Positions 12,088 through 19,970 of a stretch of DNA of 53,982 bases are shown in pieces. Position 1 is the stretch's first letter; each line of letters begins with the position of its first letter. The stretch comes from Anaerolineae bacterium (GTDB lineage Bacteria; Chloroflexota; Anaerolineae; Anaerolineales; RBG-16-64-43). The notes under the pieces are model-generated. The model did not search any database and was not told the origin of the DNA. It was given only the letters and a program-made list of their open reading frames with translations. The translations under genes were made by a program, and so were the position numbers. Location: contig PLND01000053.1 of the NCBI GenBank assembly GCA_003141675.1, positions 6,153 through 60,134 on the forward strand, read 5' to 3'.

Positions 12088-12509
12088 CCCGGAGCTTAAG
12101 CTCCGGGCTTTCAACCACGCCTGCCCTCGCGCTTGCCCTCGCGAAGCGGGGGAAGCGGGGGCCGGAGAAATCCGGCTTCAGATCATTTGCTAAGCCGGAT
12201 GATTCGATCCCTGTAATCAATGCCTTCCTCGGCAAATGGGTACTACTTTTATTGCATCCGTTGATTGACATTGGTTTAAGGCCAAGCTTCGAGCCGGGCG
12301 CCGTTAATAGCTCGGGGCTTCAGCCCCGGGGGAATTCCGGTCGATCACCCGGCGGCTTATCCTTCGCATCCCCGGCCCGCCCGGCTTTACCCTTCCCTCG
12401 CGCCTGCCCTCGCGAAGCGGGGGAAGTGGAGGCCGGGTGGCTCCCCCTGCGGTTTTACGGGTGCCGTTAATAGCTCGGGGCTTCAGCCCCGGGTGAATTC
12501 CGGGCGATC
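12088..12509. repeat. Cluster of small palindromic repeats
   Basis: Palindrome CCCGGAGCTTAAGCTCCGGG (12088-12107); nested GCCTGCCCTCGCGAAGCGGGG units (12119-12160, 12390-12431); ~47-bp direct repeat GCCGTTAATAGCTCGGGGCTTCAGCCCCGGG... at 12300 and 12463. Confidence 0.75.
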
Positions 12510-12594
12510 GCTTGGCGGGCTATCCCATCGCCTAGGACCTGCCAGGAGATCCACTAATCTGATAACTCGAGCGGTCGAATCCATACCGCCACCA

Positions 12595-14025
12595 TCATGG
12601 CTTCCCGGGGGGCGACCAAATGAGAGTCCAAGGGCCAGGCACGGAAACACCAACATCGCTGTCCAGTTCGACGGTTAATTTTCCAATTGGTATATGTCCA
12701 TTCTTATAGGTAACAAACACATCATCTGGGTCCACTATGCAGTCTTCATTATCAAGTCCTTCTAAAATGCAGAGACTAAAATCGTGGCTATCATCGGTAA
12801 GTCGATGATTTGTAATAAAGGTATAGCCCGTCTTTGTCATTGTTACTTCCTCGATCACATATTCAACCCCGAGCAAAATGACATGTTGATTGATTTTCCA
12901 TGTTTGACCAATTTGTGGATTTGCGCCGGTATCGAACTGGAAAGTGGCGCTTTCGCTTGTATGAACACCTACATTATCCAACCGCAGGGTCAGCGGGAAG
13001 ATGATGGGTTTTTCGATTTCGTAGGCCCATTGAAACGAGTTATTCCATTGATCCGCTGGCCGGATGTCGGTCCGTGGCCAAGCCGTAATCCTATTTCCTT
13101 TTGCATCCGTAAAGATAAAAGGATCAACTACAGGATAATCTTTGCCTACCCCACAACATTGACCAGGCAAATCACCCGCGTTGGTGAAATTCCCAATCAA
13201 GAGATATGAATCTTCATATTCGATAACTCTATCCAGATAGAGACCCGTACCATTTGGTACGCGGGTTGGCATGGGTGGCCAGTTGGTCGGATATTCATCG
13301 GTAATTTCAAGAGTCGGGCTGGCGGTTGTTTTGAAGGTTGGGCCGGATTTCTGGGCGGTAACCCCGATTTCCACGCCGGGGGTAATAAAATTCTTGGGAG
13401 CAGGGATGAGCGAGAAGGGGACTTCCAAATTGAACGTCGGTCCAAATTTGTTCGTGGGATCGACGTTGGGGAAGACCAACACAACTTTCTGCGTATCCGA
13501 AGGTAAAGGCGGAAATGTACTACTTGTATTAATACGACCGCTCTCGCTTGACCATCCCATTCCGCCGCCAGTGGAGGAAGTTAGTTCTTTGCCGTTTCCC
13601 AAACGCAGGACGGGAATGGGGAAGAAATCACCGGGACCAAATGGGAAGCCATCGAAATGATACTGTATCACCGTGCGGGTTGCATCCGCTATGACTGTAT
13701 CCACCACAATGATAACCCCTCCATGCTGCACGCGGACCGGCTCCTTTAGGACACGAACAGGTGCGCTCAAATCCACGAGACCCACGCCGGGGAGGTAGCC
13801 CATGGTTTTTCCGATCACATACGCCACGCCGGTTAACAACGCCAGGGCGAGAACCAAAACAAGAATCAACAAAGCGGGTCTTGAACGCAAGGTTTGTAGG
13901 AAGGTCTTCTTTCTTCCACGAGCGGAATCGGGGATAAGGTTAACGAGGCGCGGCAGCAGATTGATGTCGCTCGGAATGTAGTCGGCTGCAACCGCATCCA
14001 GAACATCGTGATACGTCCTGTTCAT
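12595..14025 (-). CDS. Membrane-anchored putative anti-sigma factor (DUF4179-like), single TM with a large extracytoplasmic part
   Basis: Short N-terminal cytoplasmic region, one TM, then GYLPGVGLV; start overlaps the ECF sigma stop; paralogous to 46653-48992. Confidence 0.65.
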   Translation of the reverse strand: MNRTYHDVLDAVAADYIPSDINLLPRLVNLIPDSARGRKKTFLQTLRSRPALLILVLVLALALLTGVAYVIGKTMGYLPGVGLVDLSAPVRVLKEPVRVQHGGVIIVVDTVIADATRTVIQYHFDGFPFGPGDFFPIPVLRLGNGKELTSSTGGGMGWSSESGRINTSSTFPPLPSDTQKVVLVFPNVDPTNKFGPTFNLEVPFSLIPAPKNFITPGVEIGVTAQKSGPTFKTTASPTLEITDEYPTNWPPMPTRVPNGTGLYLDRVIEYEDSYLLIGNFTNAGDLPGQCCGVGKDYPVVDPFIFTDAKGNRITAWPRTDIRPADQWNNSFQWAYEIEKPIIFPLTLRLDNVGVHTSESATFQFDTGANPQIGQTWKINQHVILLGVEYVIEEVTMTKTGYTFITNHRLTDDSHDFSLCILEGLDNEDCIVDPDDVFVTYKNGHIPIGKLTVELDSDVGVSVPGPWTLIWSPPGKP

Positions 14026-14567
14026 TTCGCGTTCCTTTCCCCGAGCAAACTCCGCAAACGGTTACGGGCGGCGTTCAATAACCATTTGACGGTACCCGGC
14101 GCGGCGCCGAGCGTGCGCGCCATTTCCCCTTCACTCATTCCAAGATAATAACGATCGATAATTACAGCACGTTGTCTCGGCGAGAGTTTCGATATAGCGG
14201 AGAGAATTTCCTTTCGGAGATGTGCAAACTCCACCTGTGATTCGACCGTGGCAGCACGATCGAGCAGCGATTCCACTTCGTCCAGATCATCCAACGGAAT
14301 CGATCGGTTTTCGCGTCGCACCAGATGCAACGCCATATTGACCACGCTACGCATGAGATACGGCTCGAACGGGCGCGTCTCGTCGAAGTGTTGGATGCCT
14401 TCTATCATTCGAAGGAACGTCTCTTGAACGACATCCTGTGCGGTGGTTTCATCATGCATGATAAGGAATGCCACTCGAGCCGCTTTGACCTGATAACGCA
14501 CGACGAGCGGTTCTAACCCGCTGGTATCCCTGCGTTTTAAGCGGCGGATGGCCTGCAGATCATCCAT
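14022..14567 (-). CDS. ECF-type RNA polymerase sigma-70 factor
   Basis: AQDVVQETFL, FEPYLMRSVVN, LSPRQR and GTVKWLLNAAR motifs; GGAGG RBS. Confidence 0.9.
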   Translation of the reverse strand: MDDLQAIRRLKRRDTSGLEPLVVRYQVKAARVAFLIMHDETTAQDVVQETFLRMIEGIQHFDETRPFEPYLMRSVVNMALHLVRRENRSIPLDDLDEVESLLDRAATVESQVEFAHLRKEILSAISKLSPRQRAVIIDRYYLGMSEGEMARTLGAAPGTVKWLLNAARNRLRSLLGERNAK

Positions 14568-14850
14568 GAAATCCTCCGTTATGGATATGCACGCTCACAA
14601 TATATATATCCAATGCTAAGTCAAAAGGTTGGGTATTTTTTCCTATCAGATAGCACATCCGGCGATTCTTGCGCTTTAAGCAGCACAACCCTACGCGCCT
14701 ACCTGTGCTGGCCACTTGGCTTATTCTGATTAAATGGTGGTGTGTCTCTTCTTGGGATTCCTAAAGTCCGCAAAGTTTCGTAGCGATCCAACAGGATATA
14801 TATCACACTTGTTATGCGTACCTAATTGATTGTTATTCGAGCACAATTTG

Positions 14851-14885
14851 CGGGAGAGATATTGCCGAGGGCAATATCTCTCCCG
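14851..14885. other. Perfect 16-bp inverted repeat hairpin downstream of the Ubl operon
   Basis: CGGGAGAGATATTGCC-GAG-GGCAATATCTCTCCCG; no clear U-tract after the stem on either strand. Confidence 0.5.
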
Positions 14886-15037
14886 TAAAAACCACATAAG
14901 TTAATTTATTGACATACTGGAAGAATATCTTAAAACCTCTGAAATGTCTCCTTTAATTCCATTCAAAATGGCTTTTCCATTAGAAGGTCGCGACGCCTCG
15001 CTCCTTACGGGGCTCGGAGTGACATTATTAAGAAATT

Positions 15038-16195
15038 TCATTTTAATTTAATTCGACTCGCCTTTGGCTCTTGCAGCCGGATCCTGGGAGCGGTCGATTT
15101 GTATTGGCTTTCACCCATGCTCTTGGCCGGCACCAGGGTCAGGATTTTTTGCGCTCCGGCTGGCGCGAAGAGCAGCACGATCAATGCGGCCAGCAGGCCG
15201 AAGAACAGCGGCCAGGAAGACGACGGGGAAACCGCCGCCTCCGGAACCAGGCCGCCCGGGTTGTAGGCTCCCTTGGCGGGCACGGCGAGCGTGGAATCCG
15301 AAAGTTTGACGCTCAATGCGCGGTTGAGACCGTCCCGCAACGAAGCAGGGGAAACGTAAGTGATCACGTACTCGCTCTGCAGCGCGCGCCCATACTGTTC
15401 GTACAAATTGCGCAAAGCGGTGGCGTCGTTGACGTATCCATAACTCCCGCCGGCGCGCTCGGCCAAGCTCTTCAGCGACGGTTCGTCGATACCGGCGAGG
15501 GAACTCGTTTTCTGGGTGGAATCGCCGAGGCCGATCGTGGAAATGGAGAGTCCCGGCGGGCCGATCGCGGCGACGATGCCGTCGGCGGTTTGCTTGCTGC
15601 GGTTGTCCATCCCGTCGGTGAGGACGATGATCGCCTTGCGGCCGGAGACGTCCTTGAGCAGGTCGGTTCCCTGGATCAGGGCGTCGTACATCGCCGTATC
15701 GCTCCCGGCGATCAACCCTTGGATCGCCAACTTTAATTTGTCATGATCGGCCGTCACCGGCTGCACATAGGTAATGCGCGTATTAAAGGAAAGGAGGCCG
15801 GCTTCGTCCCCGGTGCGCATCTGATCGACGTAGGCGGAGGCGGCCGATTTGGCCGAGGTCAGTTTATTGTCGTAGTTCATGCTTGCGGAAATATCCACCA
15901 CGAGCAGAGTGGTCAGGGGCACGCTGTTCCCGATACCGGTGACATCGCTGGGAGTGATCCGCTTGCTGTTTTCATAGAGTTGAATGGTATCGAGCTTGAC
16001 CGGGGCGGGTTCGCCTGAACTCTCGGTCACCGAGATGTACACCTTTACCTTCGGAAAAGCGGAAGTATCGACCTGGGTGATGTGCACCTGCAACTGGCCC
16101 GAAGCCTGGGCATGAACCGGCGCGGCGCGTAGCCCCAGGGCTGCCAGGACGAGGAACGGAAGGAAAAATCTGATTTGCGTTCTAAACCGGTCCAT
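15038..16195 (-). CDS. Secreted, membrane-anchored von Willebrand factor A (VWA) domain protein
   Basis: Signal peptide (PVHAQA), MIDAS DISAS...T...LTDG, C-terminal TM and basic tail ending RIRL...RIKLK. Confidence 0.88.
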   Translation of the reverse strand: MDRFRTQIRFFLPFLVLAALGLRAAPVHAQASGQLQVHITQVDTSAFPKVKVYISVTESSGEPAPVKLDTIQLYENSKRITPSDVTGIGNSVPLTTLLVVDISASMNYDNKLTSAKSAASAYVDQMRTGDEAGLLSFNTRITYVQPVTADHDKLKLAIQGLIAGSDTAMYDALIQGTDLLKDVSGRKAIIVLTDGMDNRSKQTADGIVAAIGPPGLSISTIGLGDSTQKTSSLAGIDEPSLKSLAERAGGSYGYVNDATALRNLYEQYGRALQSEYVITYVSPASLRDGLNRALSVKLSDSTLAVPAKGAYNPGGLVPEAAVSPSSSWPLFFGLLAALIVLLFAPAGAQKILTLVPAKSMGESQYKSTAPRIRLQEPKASRIKLK

Positions 16196-16198
16196 GCT

Positions 16199-17056
16199 TC
16201 ACCTCTTTTCGTGATAGACGAGTTCCGTATTTCCCAGCCGCAGGATTTGACGGTTGGCAAGCTGCGCCAATTCCACCCGCCGTTTGTTGACGAATGTTCC
16301 CGTCTTGCTCATATCCTTGATGGTGAAATGCGAGCCGTTACCCGTGAGCATCGCGTGTTGCGGGGCGATATCCGGGTCGGGGAAGACAATGTCGGCTTTG
16401 AGCGCATCGCTGCCGAGGATGACGCTCGGGCCCTTGGCTTTGAGGAATTTATCCAGGATGAACTCGGCTCCGCGCAGCTTGCCGCTGGCCACTTCGATCC
16501 AGGCCCGCGATAGCAGCACGACGATCAGCGCGATGAGCGCTCCGACCGACCCTCCCAGTAGCACCAAGCCCAGCGCCTTTCCCAGGAGCGGATTCTTCAG
16601 CGCGTCGCGGGCGGCTTCCAAAAAGCCTCCACCCACGATCCCGCCGAGCAAGCCTCCCAGCGCGCCCTTCCACATCTGGCTCCCGCCGGTGATCCCTTCG
16701 GCCAGGCCGATCAACCCGCCGAACACTCCCCATCCCAGGGCGCGGCCGAAAAAGCCCGCCCCCAGAATCTGAAACAGGAATTCCCCGAGCGGAAGGCCGA
16801 TGGCGCCGGCTATAAGGCCAAGGCCCGCGGCGACCGCTCCGGCCCGCAATGCGCGGGCGAAGTTCAGCGTGAAGAGGCCTTCGGTGACTCCGATGAGCAA
16901 TCCAATGCTAAGGCCGATCAGCGCGCCTACGAACACTTCGCTCAGGTAGACGCTGCCGGTGAAGGATAATCCCGCCAGGTTGCTGATCTGCCATCCCAAA
17001 AGCCCCCCGATCGCGCCCAGGATTCCATAGTTGTAAGTCCGCATTCCTCTACTCAT
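16199..17056 (-). CDS. Gly-rich multi-pass membrane protein with C-terminal FHA-like domain
   Basis: About 6 Gly-rich TM helices, then LGS...DIAPQHA...IKDMSKTGTFVN...ILRLG (FHA pattern). Confidence 0.8.
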   Translation of the reverse strand: MSRGMRTYNYGILGAIGGLLGWQISNLAGLSFTGSVYLSEVFVGALIGLSIGLLIGVTEGLFTLNFARALRAGAVAAGLGLIAGAIGLPLGEFLFQILGAGFFGRALGWGVFGGLIGLAEGITGGSQMWKGALGGLLGGIVGGGFLEAARDALKNPLLGKALGLVLLGGSVGALIALIVVLLSRAWIEVASGKLRGAEFILDKFLKAKGPSVILGSDALKADIVFPDPDIAPQHAMLTGNGSHFTIKDMSKTGTFVNKRRVELAQLANRQILRLGNTELVYHEKR

Positions 17057-17771
17057 GGTTCTCCGCTCCTTCCGTCAATCCCTCTGGTTTTTCCAGTTCG
17101 AGGTTCTTCCAATACACAAGGCTCTTTCCGGAATTCCCGACGATCTCCAGAAATCCATGGTAGCGGTGATGGTCGAGGCTCCCGTCTTCTTCCCGCACGA
17201 AGAACCCGCCGATCTGGGTGTGCGGTTCGATGACCAGCGCCACCTGCCATGGTTCCGGAAAAAAATGTTGATGCAGCCAAAGGTCGTAATCCGAAAGGAA
17301 AACGCCCATTCTTGGGTGGGTGTGGAACCACCCGACCATGCGCTTTTCCGGATAGCGCGTCTCCTGCTCGTCGTGCAGTGCCACCAACGTATCCTGGGTG
17401 AAGGTGAGGAAAGCGCTTCCGTGCCGGGTGAACCGGGCGGGGAGCACGGCTTCCGCCACGATGAATTGCTCCCCGCTCGGATTGTCGATCCGCCATTGGC
17501 CGATAAGCGCTCCGCCCACTTCGTTGTCCATATCCTGTCCGGCCAGGGAACAGATCTGGACAAACGCGGGCTGGGTGAGGAACACCGACACCGCGGGTTT
17601 GCTCCCGTCCCGGTCGAACGGCGAGTTCCACCGCCGGACCTTCGATCGCGGGATGCGCGAGGGGCGCGGGTCCGGAGTCTCGGGCGGGCCGAGCCGGACG
17701 CGCGAAGATTCCGTTTTGGGGAATTCTTCGCCCTGTGGGAGTTCTGCATCGACCATCGGCATGACAGTCAA
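17049..17771 (-). CDS. JAB/MPN+ (Mov34) metallo-isopeptidase (putative deubiquitinase / Ubl-processing enzyme)
   Basis: EVGGALIG ... GWFHTHPRMGVFLSDYD matches the JAMM motif E-xn-HxH-x7-S-x2-D; exact start codon uncertain. Confidence 0.9.
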   Translation of the reverse strand: MTVMPMVDAELPQGEEFPKTESSRVRLGPPETPDPRPSRIPRSKVRRWNSPFDRDGSKPAVSVFLTQPAFVQICSLAGQDMDNEVGGALIGQWRIDNPSGEQFIVAEAVLPARFTRHGSAFLTFTQDTLVALHDEQETRYPEKRMVGWFHTHPRMGVFLSDYDLWLHQHFFPEPWQVALVIEPHTQIGGFFVREEDGSLDHHRYHGFLEIVGNSGKSLVYWKNLELEKPEGLTEGAENHE

Positions 17772-17774
17772 CCC

Positions 17775-18041
17775 TTAGCCGGCGGTGACGTCGGCGGTGA
17801 GGATCAGGCGGTCGCCGGTGGGAACCGACGCGGAGGAAAGGGTTTCCTCCTCCTGCAATTCGCGCCCCAGCGCCTTGCTGTCGATGCGATAGCTCATCGG
17901 TCGGCCGTCGGGACCGGTAGTCGGCAGCTGCAGCGAGGTGGTCAATTCCGGAATGAGTTCCTTGACGACCACGTCGTTCGGAACCTCCGCGGTGCGGGAG
18001 CCGCCGGATGGTAATACTACGGTAACGGGAACGTCAGCCAT
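17775..18041 (-). CDS. Ubiquitin-like beta-grasp protein (EsaB/YukD-like) ending in a free C-terminal Gly
   Basis: 88 aa; ETLSSASVPTGDRLIL resembles the ubiquitin TL..YNI...TLHL strand; ends TAG-stop; AAGGAG RBS. Confidence 0.85.
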   Translation of the reverse strand: MADVPVTVVLPSGGSRTAEVPNDVVVKELIPELTTSLQLPTTGPDGRPMSYRIDSKALGRELQEEETLSSASVPTGDRLILTADVTAG

Positions 18042-18056
18042 TTTCTCGTCTCCTTA

Positions 18057-18317
18057 TTACGAATTGCGGATGGTGCGCGGGTTTGGGTCCTGCTTGTCTT
18101 GCGGATACGCGCTCAATTGGTCCTCGTTCTTTGTATACGGAAGAAACGGAGAAGAGCCGAAGTCACGGAAAAATTTATTGTTCTCCTTGCCCCATTTATT
18201 TCCAATCAAGGAGTTGGAGTTATCCAAAAGGAATTCTCGGTGAGTTCCGTTATTTTCGGTGCCCCCGGCCCGACCCATGCCGGGGCGGGCTTCCGTGTAC
18301 TGGTTTTTACTAGACAT
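18057..18317 (-). CDS. Small hypothetical protein within the Ubl operon
   Basis: 86 aa; strong AAGGAGG RBS; fills the gap between the Ubl-E2 and Ubl genes; no recognisable domain. Confidence 0.6.
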   Translation of the reverse strand: MSSKNQYTEARPGMGRAGGTENNGTHREFLLDNSNSLIGNKWGKENNKFFRDFGSSPFLPYTKNEDQLSAYPQDKQDPNPRTIRNS

Positions 18318-18336
18318 TCCTGCCTCCTTGTCCTTC

Positions 18337-19173
18337 CTACTTCAACCGGATGCGCGGGGCGGGGTTTTTTTTCAGTTTGACCCGTCCCGGCCGCAACAGT
18401 TCGCGCTCGTCCACCGGAAACGCGTGCGGATGGTCGGCCCGGTAGGCCCGGCTCCAGCGCGCGGCATCCGGATCCCAGGGGAAGGGCGGCTTGGTGGGAT
18501 CGTCGTGGAAGTTCTTGTACTGCACCATTTCGCCCAGCATGATCACCAGTCGGTCCAGCGAACGGCTGGCGGTCCACCAGGCCACGTCGATGCAAACTGT
18601 TTTGTTGAGATGGTGAATATTCGGATGCCAGATCGGGGTCAGCCATTTCAGCCCGGGCCAGCGCTGCGGATACTGGTTGTGCAGGTAGATTTCCACCTGA
18701 TGATGGCTGGAATATTTGGGCCGCCCCAGTTTGTCGATTGCGGCGATTCCCTTACATCGGTACGTGACGATGTACCGTTCCGGCGCGGGGGATCCCCTGG
18801 AATCCACAGCCTCGAAAGTAATCAGGCTGCTCTGGGCGGCCAGTTCGCGCATCAACTCGTAATCCGCGATCAACCGGCGCACGCGCGGGCTTTGGGAGAG
18901 CGCCATGCCGCCGGCGGTGATGTCCGCCGTCAGGATCAAGCGGTCGCCGGAGGGAATCTTGGCCGAGGCGAGGGTTTCGTCCTCGCGCAGCTCGCGGCCC
19001 AGCGCCTTGCTGTCCATGCGGTATCCCATCGGCCGACCATCGGGTCCGACGGTGGGCAGTTTGAGAAGCGACGTGAGCTCCGCCATCAGGTCGCGCACCG
19101 GCGCGTCGTCGGGTACGTCGGCGGTGCGGGCGCCGCCGCTGGGCAAAACGATGGTCACGGATAGATCAGCCAT
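18337..19173 (-). CDS. Ubl-E2 (ubiquitin-conjugating, UBC-fold) fusion protein
   Basis: Residues 1-88 are a Ubl (63/88 identical to 17775-18041 by manual alignment) ending TAG-G; then RVRRL..DY, YPQRWP and IWHPNI...VCID (HPN motif plus catalytic Cys). Confidence 0.9.
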   Translation of the reverse strand: MADLSVTIVLPSGGARTADVPDDAPVRDLMAELTSLLKLPTVGPDGRPMGYRMDSKALGRELREDETLASAKIPSGDRLILTADITAGGMALSQSPRVRRLIADYELMRELAAQSSLITFEAVDSRGSPAPERYIVTYRCKGIAAIDKLGRPKYSSHHQVEIYLHNQYPQRWPGLKWLTPIWHPNIHHLNKTVCIDVAWWTASRSLDRLVIMLGEMVQYKNFHDDPTKPPFPWDPDAARWSRAYRADHPHAFPVDERELLRPGRVKLKKNPAPRIRLK

Positions 19174-19235
19174 TGTGTCGGGCTCCTTGTGTTACAAGAA
19201 TTTACATCCGTATCGTTCGCGTTCCCGCCGGAAGG

Positions 19236-19970
19236 TCAGGTGTGATAATGCGGAACCTGGCACATTCCGGTGATATCCCAGCAATCCTTGTGGTGGCGGG
19301 TGTGGCAGATCGGGCACACGACCACTCCGCGCGGATCCCTCGCCTCGATCGGTTGCAGGCAGTAGGGGCATTTGTATTTCTCGGCCCCGGTCAGGCGGAT
19401 CTCGGCATCGGGCCGCGCCCTTTGGAAGAACCGCAGTACGCCGCCGAAGCGATTGCGGGATGGGCGCGCGTCCTTTGCCGGCGCAGTGGCTTTAATTTTC
19501 TTTTCCAGTGCGGCGGATGGCTGCGGTTCCCCCAGAACCTCTCCGGCTGGTGCGGGGGCGGCGCGTTTCCTCCAGGCAACGAGGGCGAGCGCGGATGTGG
19601 CGGCGCCGATCGCCATCAATCCCAACGCCCCCCAATCCGGACGTCTCTCCGCGGGGAGGGTGGGATCGGCGCCGACCAGTCCCTGGGTCAGCCAACCCAT
19701 GATCAACAAGCTCAGCAATGTGGCGGTGATCGCGGCGGTTAATCGCAGCGGAAACGAAAACCGGCGAAAGAAAAGACGGGAGACGAACCCCAGGAAGATG
19801 CCTGCTCCCGCAGCGGCCGCGATTGCATAAACCCACGGCAAGATTGTGTCGTTGACCACCCCGGCAACCGCGAACCCCGCCGCCGTGAAACAAGCCAGCA
19901 GCGCCAGAAGTTCCAATCGGAACAGCAGCAGAAACAATCTCGGTGAGGAGTAAGGCTGGGAACCGCTCAC
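19236..19970 (-). CDS. Membrane protein with C-terminal prokaryotic RING-like zinc finger (putative E3)
   Basis: About 4 TM helices; C-terminal CPYC-x14-CPIC-x3-HH-x2-CW-x5-C-x3-H fits the Prok-RING_1-type pattern; GTG start overlaps the E1 stop (GTGA). Confidence 0.8.
   Translation of the reverse strand: MSGSQPYSSPRLFLLLFRLELLALLACFTAAGFAVAGVVNDTILPWVYAIAAAAGAGIFLGFVSRLFFRRFSFPLRLTAAITATLLSLLIMGWLTQGLVGADPTLPAERRPDWGALGLMAIGAATSALALVAWRKRAAPAPAGEVLGEPQPSAALEKKIKATAPAKDARPSRNRFGGVLRFFQRARPDAEIRLTGAEKYKCPYCLQPIEARDPRGVVVCPICHTRHHKDCWDITGMCQVPHYHT

Noticed and set aside
11818-12114. N-terminal 99-aa extension of the TolB-like lipoprotein ORF
   Set aside because: AT-rich, begins inside a repeat palindrome and would bury the lipoprotein signal; probably intergenic.
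12300-12509. Two ~47-bp direct repeats as a possible mini-CRISPR
   Set aside because: Only two copies, a ~116-nt intervening segment that itself contains repeats, and no cas genes; better explained as REP-like elements.
17775-18041. Type VII secretion locus (EsaB/YukD-like Ubl plus FHA)
   Set aside because: No FtsK/EssC ATPase or WXG100 genes nearby; the Ubl ends in Gly next to E1/E2/JAB genes.
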